A stretch of DNA of 63,787 bases, counting the filler, from Perkinsus chesapeaki ATCC PRA-425 (lineage: Eukaryota; Protista; Perkinsozoa), in assembly GCA_013115145.1 (NCBI GenBank). It is 9 parts of 9 records of this genome, joined end to end, with 100 filler letters (N's around TTAATTAATTAA, not from the genome) between each part and the next. Parts side by side here need not be neighbours in the genome. Positions count along the whole stretch, not along the records: positions 1 to 24,238 come from JAAPAO010000547.1; positions 24,339 to 29,961 come from JAAPAO010001138.1; positions 30,062 to 42,223 come from JAAPAO010000822.1; 6 more parts are not named here. One strand, 5' to 3'. Of this stretch, positions 19,035 through 31,699 are shown piece after piece. Position 1 is the stretch's first letter, and each line of letters opens with the position of its first letter. A program made the translations under genes and the position numbers. Under the pieces are notes generated by a model. It was given only the letters and a program-made list of their open reading frames with translations. It had not been told where the DNA came from and made no database searches.

Positions 19035-21467
19035 TCATTTGGTCATCATCTCTCGAACCTCATGGAACGCTCCAACCAACGTGGCACCTTGAACCTCCTC
19101 ACTGCAGCCCGACGCCAATCTGTATCTATAATAATCAAGTCAACAAGCGAGTTGCTATGATGCCGTACTCTATTTCGGCCATATCTCTGAAAAGAAGATT
19201 CCGTGCTTTGCTGGGCATATCTGCTCGCACCATTCGTTCATGAACTTCACGAAGCAAATCAGCTGTCGAATAACCCTAAAAGTATCAATTTAAAAATCCT
19301 TTGTATAATTACTTACTTGCTTAACTCGAAGCTCTTCCATAACGGCCATACCATCCTTAACGCTCATCTGGCAAAGTGCCTGTGGAGGAGAAAAGATGAA
19401 TCGATCGCACACTACTAATTTATGCTTGAGAAGCAATAATGTCGGATGCTGAGAAATGAAGATATCTTACTGATTCTAGTCGATCAATACTGGCTGGTTG
19501 AGGTAGTCCAGCAACTTTATGTATTATAGTGGCATCCACAAGCTGAGCAGGGTAACTCAAACTGCAGCTTTGTAATGTATTGAGAATCTTTCTCATATCT
19601 CCATCGCCTGTTTTTAACAATGCTTTCATACCATCATCTGATATCCTCACATTTTCACACCTGAAAAAGTTGTGCAATGTGTATAAGTGTAGATAGGCAG
19701 TAGATAGATAATCTGGTACTTAATATTACCCAAATAATCGCTACCTACTGCGCCAGTAGTACTGCCAATTGCAACCGCCTATTTGAATAGGCGAGTGGAA
19801 TTGAAGATTATGACATTCTCGTGGATTCAATGGCTGAATTTGAATAACGTCTTCACAGGTCGAAACAGGCGTCAGTAGCTTTCACGATTTCGGTGAATTT
19901 CAGTTAATTGGCCTCCCTGCAACTTAAAGCCATGTAAGCCATGAAGCTCCTGCAGCCGAGCGAAGGTATCCAGTCGATTGCCGCAATCAGCACAGCTCGC
20001 CAACTTACTTAGCAACATATTCAACCCTCTTTTGTGCTTCATCATCTTTCAATGGCGGGAATCGAAACTTAGTACACCTCGATTGTAGGGCTGGTATGAT
20101 CTTCGAAGCATAGTTGCAAATAAGACAAAATCTCGCATTTGAAGAATACCTGCAAAACGCTAACTGGACTCAGCCGGCGACAATCCTTACTGTTCGATAA
20201 CCCTTCTCAATGCGAACTGTGAGACACTAGTCATATTATCTGCTTCATCTAATATAACCAACTTTGGCATTTTCGAACCTACTCTAACTCATGCAACATG
20301 CAGGTAGAGGATAGCAGATTACCTAATGCTCCTGAGAACATACTTCTGGAGCTGACAAATTGCTTAATACATTCACGAACCACATCAATACCACGAGCAT
20401 CAGATGCATTTAACTCGAGAACATATTGACGAAGTTGACCATTGGGATACCTAAATCATAGGCGAATCCGAAGATACTTTTAAATCATCATCCAACGGGT
20501 CCTTAGTAAAAGTGAAAAATTGACGAAATGTATGATTTTTGAGTATCATAAAATATACGATCACCTTCTAGTATTTCGAAAATATCTTCTTAAAGGACTA
20601 AAGATGCTCCTCATTCGGAGGAGATACAGTACAGAATCTATTTCGAGATGTGGTCATATACGATTACCTTACAATGATTTATATAGCTTTCCGAAAAGGT
20701 CTTACTCGAGTGCAGAAAATCCCTTTAATACGGATGAGGTGCTAAGATGGTGTTGTTAGCAAACCATGCTACTGTACAGATTCAGCTATGAAATGTGATC
20801 CTTGATCAAAAAATAAGGCCACACATTTCTGGTAGCGTTCCCCGCAAGCCTCCCAGATAATACTCGTCCAACATTATTACATTTGTTTCGCGCATGCTAA
20901 TATAGTAGAAGTTTTACCGGTACCGGGCGGGCCATGGAGAAGCAAATGTGGGAGAGCATTCTGAGGAAGATAGCAGCAGAATCAACCTTTTATATACTGT
21001 AGGAGGTGATGATACTGACGACACTCGACGTGAAATTAATGAGCGAGAATACGGCTCGTTGATTGTGTTAATAATGTATTATTGCTGAAATGACATCCAT
21101 TGGTTATTACCATATTAACAAAGCGTTTAATGGTAGAAATGATCTGCTGATGGGCCACCAAATCATCAAGATTCTTCGGACGATACCTGATGTACACCAA
21201 TAATAATATCGGGGACACCCTCGTTATAAAATGATCATTTCTGCTACAGTATACACTTCAATAATCAAGGGCACAACGCGATTCACATTTCTCGTAACGC
21301 GTTATCTACTTATACGAATGGAATTAAAAAACCTACAAGTCACTCCAGACACCATGGCACAGTATGCAGTACCCAGGGTAGTAGGCTTACTTTTCAACCC
21401 AGGGCAGCTCGTTAGTGGGAGGCAGGAGGACCGTGGCAGTAGCACCCTCTATATCATCCAAATCCAT
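19035..21467 (-). CDS. RFC5: Replication factor C small subunit (yeast Rfc3 / human RFC5 type), multi-exon
   Basis: MDLDD...LPWVEK|YRPKNLDDLVAHQQII, LPHLLLHGPPGTGKTST, VLELNASDARGIDVVR, KLVILDEADNMT, ALQSRCTKFRF, GDMRKILNTLQS. Ends YRLASGCSEEVQGATLVGAFHEVREMMTK*. Confidence 0.92.
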
Positions 21468-21553
21468 TGGCTGTTGGCTCATAATAGATATTTCAAACTC
21501 CCTTTGATTAACACTTTAAACATAATATAATTGAGAGGAAACAACAAAAACAA

Positions 21554-22144
21554 CTAAACAGCCGCTGAAGCACGACATCGTTTGAAAGCATCCAAATAGA
21601 ATCTGATAGAAATATAGGTAAAACTTCGAGTACGTTATTACTGGCATTGTTCCGCACTAGAAGATTCTTCAAGACATTTTTCCAAGTCATTTTTCTGCAA
21701 GATGCAGACTTGACTGGGAGCAACCTGCATCATATATTATGATAACTATTAACATTGTTAATCACCTTTTCATGTTTGTGGATGACCTCTGCTCTACGAG
21801 GGCCAATAATAGCCTCGACGATTCTATTGGCAAACGTAAAACCAACACCAGAAGCCATACCTAATCAATGGTCAGGTTTAACTGTATTTCACAGAAGCTT
21901 TATGCCGTCCGTCGGGAAGTACTTTAACCATAGACTAGAGGCACCAACTTACTAGAAGCCATGGTTCCAACTAGATCAGAGATAATACCACCACGAGGCC
22001 GCTGTTGGACTTGTTGGGCGGGACCGAGAACATTAGGTGAAGTACGAGGAACACCTAAAGATAAGTAGGAAATGATGTAATCGATACCCTACCTGCACTG
22101 CGTCTGGGTGCGCTAGTATTCCGGCTACTACTACGACGGGGCAT
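21554..22144 (-). CDS. CHCH-domain protein (CHCHD2/CHCHD10/Mix17-like), 5 exons; not in the ORF track
   Basis: Spliced product: MPRRSSSRNTSAPRRSA-GVPRTSP...GGIISDLVGTMAS-SMASGVGFTFANRIVEAIIGPRRAEVIHKHEK-VAPSQVCILQKNDLEKCLEESSSAEQCQ-FYLDAFKRCRASAAV*. Arg/Ser-rich presequence, hydrophobic GxGxxxA segment and twin Cx9C. Confidence 0.85.
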
Positions 22145-22318
22145 AAAAAGAGAGATGAATGATAATACTTAACATATTAAAGAGTAAAAGACCCCGGTTC
22201 GATTCCTGGTCTAAATAATTCTCATGAATTTTCTGAAGGAGTTGAGGGCAAAACTTAGGTTTCTTCGATATGTTTTGCGTTTAGTTAATGTCTATCATTG
22301 CTAGTTAGTGATGATAAA

Positions 22319-23671
22319 ATGTTAGTCACAGCAAAACGATGTCGATACATCGCGCGGAAAAAGAGATTATTCTGTTATCGTAGCGTGGCGAACTTCGCAT
22401 CAATTCATCATTTCAACCACGAGAAGAGCATCGTCCCTGGCTGCTTGACCTTGAGCGATTTTGACTTTGGTGCCGTTATTGGCGTTGGCAGCTTTTCAAT
22501 TGTTCGGGAAGCCAATATTAATGCAATAAAAGCTCAAGGTGGACTATTTGGCGAACGGAAAAGATGCGTTCTATTCAGAGCTCGGGTTACCTCGAAGATT
22601 TGCTGCAAAAACGGTTACGATAGAAACTACCGATGAGAATAGTAGCCGGCATAAACTGCAAAAAGTCATCATATTGCTAATATAAGATGATCGGTTATTT
22701 CAGGAAAAAACTCTTAAACGGACACTACAGCTGATTGCTATGGGAGAAAGGAGGTTGCCAAATCGAGAAGTGGTGGCTTACAAAACGATTCCCGCATCTG
22801 AGGCACTTGGAAAGGTGAATCGAGAATCGTATCCAGAGTACCGATAGTGTTAGGAAGCCGATATGCTTTTCTGTCTCGATCATCGTAATATAATAAAACC
22901 GTATCTCTTTTCAAGGGACGATAAAAACATATACCTAATAATGGAATATTGTGAAGGTGAGCTAAAAAATATCTTTCGAGGGATGTGATTATTCAGGTGG
23001 AAGTGTTGCTAATATATATGGAGGCTTTTCACAGTATCCACACCACAATACTGGACCAGACTTTAATACAGCAATATCATATATTAAACAGATACTCAGT
23101 GGGGTATCTTACTTGCATGATAGGAGAATTATTCACCGAGGTATAACGTGATGCATTTTCACTCTTTATCCTTGTCAGATCTCAAACTTGATAATTTCCT
23201 ACTCTTTCGAGAATATTCAATGCCATTTATGAGTGAAAGTCTATCATTGAAGATAGCTGATTTTGGTGTATCGACAATGTTGCCAAATGAAGTGGATGAA
23301 GTTACGTCAATTGCAGGTCGGAATATTATTGAGTATTTAATGCGTATGAAGTGCACAAGGTCCATCACCGTATACTAGTCCTGAATCCTTGACTTATGGA
23401 AGACAAAGTTTTAAAAGTGATATTTATGCTGTGGGTGCAGCTGCCAGTTGGTTACTTTTTGGGCGATATCCTCAAAGTGGTCTCCTGTCAACCCCTCAAT
23501 TAAATTGGCAGACAATTCCTAAAAGAAGGTGATCTGTAGTTTTTGAAAAGTTCTGCTATTGTTTTCAGATTGGCTGCTGCTTATAACTTCGTGGAAAGCC
23601 TGACAGCCGAAAGGCCTGAACAACGCCCATTTGCAGGAGATGCGCTAGAACACGAGTTGCTCCAAACCTGA
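22319..23671 (+). CDS. Ser/Thr protein kinase, multi-exon; start uncertain
   Basis: IGVGSFSIV (G-loop), RRFAAKT (VAIK), IYLIMEYCEG, YLHDRRIIHR|DLKLDN, KIADFGVS, PYTSPE, SDIYAVG, RPFAGDALEHELL*. Confidence 0.9.
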
Positions 23672-23952
23672 GTCAAAATTGTTACATTGTAACATATATA
23701 TAGTTCGGGCCTACAGTCCGAGTTCACTGCACATAGAATATACGATATTCTTGTATAGCACCGAAGTTTGTTATCTAGTGGCGCATGCTTGAGAGTATAA
23801 CTCTCCGTCGTGGAGTTAACACAGTACAATTGAGTGTACGAGGAAACGAATGCTGATAAAAATGCACAATGAGTCTGTATTGCGACAATTCCGAGACGGA
23901 AGGAACCGAAACAGTGTCTGACCCTCAAAAGCACGATTCTTCACACGTGCCC

Positions 23953-24238
23953 TCAAGGAGTGTGTGGGCATGCGCATGGTATGTCTGTACCCCAGCACAC
24001 ACTTGGATTCAACCAATACTTGCAATACGATCCTGGAACTTGAGAATCACAAAACTCATCGCAGGACTGCCAAGTGCTTCCTCCTGTTGTTGTCACAGGA
24101 CCACTAGTAGTAGTTGTACTGGTCACAGGACCACTAGTAGTAGTTGTACTGGTCACAGGACCACTAGTAGTAGTTGTACTGGTCACAGGACCACTAGTAG
24201 TAGTTGTACTGGTCACAGGACCACTAGTAGTAGTTGTA
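23953..24238 (-). CDS. 3' part of a mucin-like protein: Thr-rich repeats plus a C-terminal 6-Cys domain; 5' end lost in gap
   Basis: (VTSTTTTSGP)n followed by WQSCDEFCDSQVPGSYCKYWLNPSVCWGTDIPCACPHTP*. Confidence 0.75.
24091..24238. repeat. 30-bp coding tandem repeat, about 5 copies, running into the gap
   Basis: Unit GGTCACAGGACCACTAGTAGTAGTTGTACT repeated almost perfectly. Confidence 0.97.
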
Positions 24239-25012
24239 NNNNNNNNNNNNNNNNNNNNNNNNNNNNNNNNNNNNNNNNNNNNTTAATTAATTAANNNNNN
24301 NNNNNNNNNNNNNNNNNNNNNNNNNNNNNNNNNNNNNNCAAAGATACGTTACTCAAAATCGTCACAATAGTTGTCTACTCAATTCGGGCCAAAGGTTTTC
24401 TAGGCGCGTGAGGGAGTGTGGCGCGTGACGAACGAATTCATCCCACAACAGGCCACGGTTACAATATTGGGCGAGCGAGATCTAATAATTGTCCCAGGAA
24501 ACCAGTGCCGACGGTTGACACCATTTAGCATAATGTAAGCGACAGATATACGCCGACCAATCATGAGACTGGGAGTCTCATCATATGTACCGTCCAATGA
24601 TACGTCCAAGAAAGGCTATGAATACCGCTCTTGTTGAAGTCGGAATTCTGGGGCCGTCCGGCGGTCCCGACGTGGGCAGTTTCCGGGTCGAACGTAGACA
24701 AACCGCTAGGGGGATGAATATGAAGCTTGTACGCGGGCCTTCGGCCCGCTTTTTCCTCAGAAGTGATGCTATGGGTCTTTAAGGCATGGCCGTGGCTGGC
24801 CATGCTCTAACACAATCCCTAGTGGCATCATATGCCATTACTGCACTATAGCCCCTTCTGCGCGCGTGGTCACCGATTTTGTGCAAGTTGCATGAAGCTT
24901 TTCTTGAGGAAATGTAAGATTAGATAGAGCTCAAGATTGGACTAAACCGTTTCGGCGTTCGGCGGAGTGCCCTCTGACATCGAAAGGCCCTTGGTACTGA
25001 AGCTTTGTACAA

Positions 25013-27513
25013 GTGAGTCTAATATTGTCGATTCTCGATTACTTTTTCTTGTCAGTCTTTATGAAAAACCCGAATGTGGTGATTATCCGTGGTGATGCTC
25101 GAGGTGCGGGCCAGCCGCGCAGTTCGGGGTCTGACAGGCAACTCGAATGCAATCGCATAGAACTCGGGAACCTGAATAATAATGTGAGGGCTCTCAGTAG
25201 CCATATCGATAACCTACGAGGGGAGTTTCACCTTGCAAATCACTTTGCACGTGTCGGAGCTGGACTGGTTGGTTTCACTGATCCGATTTTATACTGCCTG
25301 CGACGTCCACACATCGCTCATCGGATCGAGGCTCTACCGTTTCATTCGCGGTTCCGATTCTACGAAGACCTTCACGTGCGCCTCAACTTGACAGATCCCG
25401 TCGACGAGTTACCTGAGGACGACATATACAATATTCTGGAACTTGTGAGAAGAGGTTCAACACAAAATTCCGGCAATTTAATCTCGCCCCCGCAGACTGG
25501 TCCTGCGAGTGAGAGCTCTGATATACCCAAAAACCAAGATTCGGTTGCTTCCCGAGTACCAGGCACTTCGCAGAACCTTGGTGCCTGTATTAACTCACCT
25601 GGCGAGTGTGCGGCAGGTTCAGTTGGCAGCAGCTTGGGCCCCTCCGACAGCAGTGGGGAAGAAACAATGTCTGAGGAGGATAACTCTGGCAACTTGTCTT
25701 CGGATATGGTTGATCTAAGCGGGCCTCCTGAGAGTGAAGATGGTGGTTCGGAACTTCTTGCAGCTCCTGAGGGAGGCAGCCGAAATGAGAGGTTCTCAGA
25801 TGAACCGTTCCTAGTAAGGCGTGGTCATTTGTATGACGTTGTTCAAGCCTACCTGGCTGAGCATGAGCACTATCGGCTGGTTGACCTTACTCTCGCGAAA
25901 CTCCGAGACAGCCGCCGTTCATGTGTTCTTGAGTGCCGTAGAGGTCCTTCTAAAAGGAAGAAGAAGCCAGTCAAATCTAGCAGACCTGACTGGCGACTCT
26001 GGCCAGAATTCACCTGCCCCTTAACACAATGCCTTGTTCGTATGGTGAGAGAAACATGCTACTTTTTCCCGCTGAAGGAGGCTACAGCTAGTGCGCAGCA
26101 ATGGCGAGCCCACTCGCACCCACACAAGTCATATGTATGTCACTCTGGTACTCTACCCCCCGACATCTGTGACCACTGGGCTGCGCTGGTCAATGAGGAT
26201 CCAAGCATCACACTAGATGACTTGATTGAGGCCAGTAACGAGTGGTATGCGAGCGCCAGGTATAGCCCGACCACGATAGCATTTATTCTCAATAAAGGCT
26301 TGAGAGTAGGTGCCATACGAATGAATATTCTCCTGTTTACTAATTTTATCTCATTTAGTTTGACTTCGTCTAATTTAGTTTAATTCAATTTAGTGTGATT
26401 CGCGTTAATTTCGTCTAATTTAGTTTAATTCAATTTAGTGTGATTCGCTTTAATTTCGTCTTATTTAGTCTAATTTAATTTGTCGAATTTAATTTCGTCT
26501 TATTTAGTCTAATTTAATTTGTCGAATTTAATTTCGTCTTATTTAGTCTAATTTAATGTCATTTCATTTAACTTCCTAATTTTGTAATTGAATTAGATCC
26601 ACAAAACGAGAGCCCTGGTATCCGAGACTTAATCGACAGCTTCAAGAATTACTTGAGTGATACGGAGTGGCGGTCTTACTGGGGATCCTACGTCATTGGT
26701 CCGCGGACTAACAACGGGGTGGAACGTTTCAACGGAGAGCTGAAAAAGGTCCTCCTAAAGAGCAGATACCGCCGTACCCTGGCTGAGCTGGGTGGTTTTT
26801 TCAAGTCACCTCGAAAGTGGGTGAGGTTATCGCAATACGGTGGTAAGCCTCTTGTTGATGAGGTAACTAAGCAGCAGAGGAAATTGGCCTCCAAACTATT
26901 TTATAGCGAGAAATACTGCTTAATTCCTACCTCATGGTATGCCGCTAACAGCTGGGCTGCAAATAAGGACCTTTGGCTTTACGTACACGACGAAGCTGGG
27001 GTCACATTGCGTGATGGCTTGCTCGCCGACAGTGTACATGGCGATGAAGACTTTGAGGCTAAAAAACTGGTAACCTTCAAATATGAGTCAATGGCCGAAG
27101 TGAGGAGACTACGTAAGACTTATTGCATAGTCTCCTACGAGAATACTGCTAACCTGCAAGCACCACCTCCAAGAGGTCCCATTTGCTCTTGCCTTCAATG
27201 GTGCAAGAAACACTTATGTCCCCATGTGATATCCACCGCGCACCTCATGAACGAAGAAAATTCTAGTGAATGGGTTTACCTGAGGACCTTTTTCTCATTG
27301 CCACGTCGTCGACGAGGGAAAAAAGGACGAATTACGGATCAAGCGTTACCCGGTGATATCCGCTACGGGATGGGAAACAGTGGTCCGAAGAGGCGAAGGC
27401 AGTCTAGAAGGAAAACCCAGCAGGCACCTGATACAGGTAAGGCACGGAGTTTCATATTGAGCGTGTTCCGTAAAAATATATTTTGTGATTGTAATTTGGT
27501 AACTTCGAATTAA
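25013..27513 (+). mobile_element. Mutator-like (MULE) transposase-derived sequence with SWIM finger; DDE core not seen
   Basis: ORF2 has PRTNNGVERFNGELKK (MULE post-catalytic motif) and CSCLQWCKKHLCPHV (SWIM CxC-xn-CxH). ORF1 has a Cys/His region (LECRRG...TCP..C...HSHPH) resembling a WRKY/GCM-like MULE DNA-binding domain. Confidence 0.7.
26362..26560. repeat. AT-rich minisatellite (45-bp x2, then 40-bp x3) with underlying 5-bp periodicity
   Basis: TTCGTCTAATTTAGTTTAATTCAATTTAGTGTGATTCGC(G/T)TTAAT twice, then TTCGTCTTATTTAGTCTAATTTAATTTGTCGAATTTAAT-type units. Confidence 0.9.
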
Positions 27514-28552
27514 GACTTTCACGTGCTTTAGCTTTCGTTGTGTATTAAAGTCGTCAGCATTCTAACCAAAAGTTAACCACCTCGCGGGCAATGCCCGCCG
27601 GGCATGAAGCATCAATTCTCCTTCGAATTTTCGGCTAAGTTCGACCTCTTCCATCGTAACAGTTTCTTGAGATTTAGAAATTCCTGTTTCCCACCAACCC
27701 CATCGAATATGATTGTGGGCCTTATTACATTAGAGTGACAATCTTGGAAGCTTTCGGAGGCCGCACGTGTCGCAGAAATATTCGCCATCCTGGAAAAGTT
27801 ATTCAAGAAAGCACATTTGAACTGTTCTACCCGGCAGGTACCACTGACCACCCAGTAGAAGCATCGCCTATTGCCGAAACCCGGACGAATCTCAGTCCTA
27901 ATCAAACCAACGTATGTTCGAGTGACACTGAACGGATTTTCTATTCACAACCTTCGATAAGCTTATTGAGGAAACTGAGCGGGGATTCCCGCTAGCAGTC
28001 TACTGAGCTTTGGTTAACTTTCCAATACTCAGTGATTTCTCATTTCCGCGGCGGCAGGCCTTGCTGCGCTTAGCGCCGTGCGCTATAGTTTACGAGGATT
28101 GTCCCCTGGAATTCTACTCAGGTCGGCCAGCTATCCTCACCGCCAAGTAGAATGCGAAAGCCAAAGCGCCGTCAACGGCTGGATTATAGAGCATTTGGTC
28201 GGGACGGCACGAAAGTATTTCTAGATACGGCTGAGGGAAACAAGAAGGCCAAGCGATCTTAGATTGAACTTGAGAGTGGGGTCCAACAAAAGTCTAGCGG
28301 CGGTCCCACTGACACATTTAGGTATCCGTCATGAAGGTGAAGTCCAATATTCTCCGAACCAACAGTATTCGTATGAACCGTTGTGTGATTTGCGGTCATT
28401 TTGGTGACCATAGCAGCTATCGGTTTCATGTGAGTTATAATGTTAATTAAGGTCAACTATCTTCCATTGCTGGGTACCCAGTACTGCAGGTCTCGCGTTA
28501 GTAAATTTGGTAAATCGAATCCCGATGCCGACAGCTATAAAGGGCACACCCT

Positions 28553-29100
28553 AGCCGATTTTCTCGGATCCATTTCATTCCATTTTACCTGGTTGGACTT
28601 CGTCTCAATCTAGAAGGGTAAACTGTAACGCATTCCTCCCGGGCGCGAATCCCGGGAATTGCATCGGATCCATTTCATTCCATTTTACCTGGTTGGACTT
28701 CGTCTGAATCTAGGAAGGTAAACTATAACGCATTTCTCCCGGGTCTGAACATCGGGGATTTTCTCGGATCCATTTCGTTCAATTTTACCTGGTTGGACTT
28801 CGTCTCAATCTAGAAGGGTAAACTGTAACGCATTCCTCCCGGGCGCGAATCCCGGGNNNNNNNNNNNNNNNNNNNNNNNNNNNNNNNNNNNNNNNNNNNN
28901 NNNNNNNNNNNNNNNNNNNNNNNNNNNNNNNNNNNNNNNNNNNNNNNNNNCCCGGGAATTGCGTCGGATCCATTTCTTTCCATTTTACCTAGTTTTGCTT
29001 CGTCTGAGTTCAGAAGGGTAAACCGTGACGTATTTCTCCCGGGCTGAATCTTGGGATTTCTTTGGATCCGTTTCACCCTTTTTTACCTGGTTTTGCTTCG
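28553..29100. repeat. 100-bp tandem satellite spanning an internal gap
   Basis: CGGATCCATTTC anchor at 28565, 28665, 28765 and 28965, with a decayed copy at ~29063. Confidence 0.95.
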
Positions 29101-30061
29101 TCCACCATTCTATTTGGTGTAAGTCGGATTCATTCTTTTACTTCTGATGATGCTGAGTCCTTTTGCTTCAGTTTGCCTTGAAAATCGCCAATCCGAGTTG
29201 TAGTGGGGAAGGTGTATGTCATCATACAACACGGTCTGTACAGATCTATGCTCCGTGCCGCTATATTACCGTATAATGATTACACGGCGTCGTCACTGGC
29301 TGCACAACCACATTTCACTCTATAGAGTCACCTCACTTAGCGGAATCCGTCCGACTACTGGCATTTCCACGTTGGGGCCTCGGGGATGGACATCCCGTCA
29401 CACAGCCATGTGTAGCGACCAGTCTAGCGGACCCCTCTGTGAGGGATTGTGAGAGAAAGCCACCGGGAACGGAACCGAATCCTCCCGACATGTGACAGAA
29501 GCCGCTAGCCAACTCGGCTAACCGCCTGGCAATGCTAGGCTAACAACAAGCTCACATGCTGGTAGTTGAGACCATTTGTGGCTTGTCGCCTCTACCAGGA
29601 TTTCTCGGCGTTATGGATCGTATCAGTTCATAAAGGTACTATGCGCGGTGATTTCGCTTGAATAAAATGGGATTTTCACGTGGTCGTGATTGTATCACGA
29701 TGATACCTTCGTTTTAATTTTCAGACTTCCAAGATTTTGCCTCGCCCTACATATATCATTTCACGCATTCCTATTACTGAACCTATTCTTGCCTCATGCA
29801 TGGTGGCATTCCGATGCGTTGGCGGATATGCAATAAACACGCATTTGAACATACTTCACGTACACAAGGTTTCATCGATAGTGACTTAATAGGCAACGTT
29901 ATTGGCTAGTCGACTCTGTATACTATACAATGTATTATACACTGTGTATAGGCTTTATATCNNNNNNNNNNNNNNNNNNNNNNNNNNNNNNNNNNNNNNN
30001 NNNNNTTAATTAATTAANNNNNNNNNNNNNNNNNNNNNNNNNNNNNNNNNNNNNNNNNNNN

Positions 30062-30134
30062 GAGATATAATATAAAATATGTTACTAGTGCGGAGTAGGA
30101 GTAGGAGGAGATATAATATAAAATATGTTACTAG
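30062..30134. repeat. 40-46 bp minisatellite, left copy at contig start
   Basis: GAGATATAATATAAAATATGTTACTAGTGCGGAGTAGGAGTAG(GAG) units next to the gap. Confidence 0.9.
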
Positions 30135-30497
30135 GGAAATAGAAGCTTTGAAAAGCGTTCCTCTCGAGTTCAACATTCGTTGTTTCTTTTGTCATTATTT
30201 GTTACTTTCAGTGTGAAGCTGCCAACTGCGAGAACTCGCGAAATAAAGTGTTGATTGAAATATCCCGAAAACAGACAGCGCAGAGAAATGGTCGAATTCA
30301 AGAGCTCAAGCGGGAGAATAGAAAGCGTGAGAATTAGCGTTGACGAAATACAAGATTTGGTAAGATTGGCAAGATTTTCAGAATTGCAATTGGTGAGGGA
30401 ATGTATTGAGAAGTTTGTGGGGGATTTGGCGGTTGGAGCGAGCGGGTGAGAGGAGTTGAGGAAATGCTAGTGGTGGCAAGATTGTAAGTTTTTCAGG

Positions 30498-31118
30498 ATG
30501 CCAGTTGTTGACAGACTACGACCATTGTGTGAAATTATCCCGGATTTAAATCGATCACTCGATCGATTTTGTCCGGAGACTCGTAAGACGTTTGATCGTT
30601 CGATTGAACATCATTTTGTTGGAACAGTTCCGATCTCGGACGTAATTTTGGAAGATATTTCCGAAGACGGTGAGTCTTCATTTATTCTTAGCGACTCGCC
30701 AATAGCTGATCGAGACGTTCGAAAAGTTGTCGGTGATGGGAGCACAAGTTGTGGCGGAGTTGAAATAGATGAGTTGGATGAGGGTTCGGATGGCATGCGG
30801 GAGGTATGCGGTTCGGTTCCTGGTGAGGATGTTTTTGTGTCGAATGAACTTTTGGTGTTCGAAGAGAATGATATAGAAAAGGAACGATACGGTGCTTCCG
30901 GTTGCGGTGATCTGGGCGCGAGTTCGAATCCTAGAGGAGGCATTCTCAAAACCAAGCGAGGCGTAGATAGAAATATCAAAAAGGCCGTAAAGAAAGTGGT
31001 AAAGGAAATCAAAGATGAGTGGCGAAGAGAGTTTATTGGCACGTTTGTGGAGGGAGAGGTCCCGGGGTCGATTCTCGGTGATGGTATTTCCGACATCGAA
31101 GTTGATTCGCTGAGATGA
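30498..31118 (+). CDS. Hypothetical acidic protein, probably the last exon of a spliced gene
   Basis: 206-codon ORF, D/E-rich, preceded by TTTTCAG. No family recognised. Confidence 0.4.
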   Translation: MPVVDRLRPLCEIIPDLNRSLDRFCPETRKTFDRSIEHHFVGTVPISDVILEDISEDGESSFILSDSPIADRDVRKVVGDGSTSCGGVEIDELDEGSDGMREVCGSVPGEDVFVSNELLVFEENDIEKERYGASGCGDLGASSNPRGGILKTKRGVDRNIKKAVKKVVKEIKDEWRREFIGTFVEGEVPGSILGDGISDIEVDSLR

Positions 31119-31699
31119 ATCACCAGCTGCTGGGCTTTAGGGGCATTTCGGGACGGTACAAGTTATGGAGCTGCCGTGAGCGTTATTATAATGTACGCAT
31201 GATCACGAGAGTGTCGTTGTGATGGTTGTTGTGTTTAGTGTTTAACCATCTATTGGAGGGTTATGACAGTTTTGGTATAACCGATAGTCCTCTGAGATGT
31301 TGAAGTCGACCACATTGCTTCATTGTGCAATACACATCTCTGCTCCCCGTGAGCAGGGTACGGAAAGAGCGGGTCTTTTCGATATTTCCTTGAAGTCCTC
31401 AAATATTTAATGTGCTCGAGGATGCTCCCAATCCTGATAATGTTTTCGACCCCAGCTATCGCTGCTCATTATAGCAGAGAGTGATTTCAACTTTGTTTAG
31501 TTGAAATTGTCATAAAATGCTATCGCCAAGGCCGATAAATGATGAAGATGAGACTCTTCGAATAAAGGAAGGAGCAGACACATCTGCTATGGTAGGACAA
31601 TATCGGCACACTTTCTCGTTGGTCGTTTTATATTATTTTCTCTAAAACTTACCAAAAATCCAAAACTGATTGCGACGTTGTCTTCCGTGTTGTCTTTCG

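Noticed and set aside
28060-28330. GC-rich segment first suspected to be an LSU rRNA fragment
   Set aside because: No conserved rRNA motifs were recognisable on either strand. It is more likely a decayed TE or coding sequence.
28553-29100. Regularly spaced repeats considered as a CRISPR array
   Set aside because: Whole 100-bp units are homologous with no unique spacers. The context is eukaryotic and no cas genes are present.
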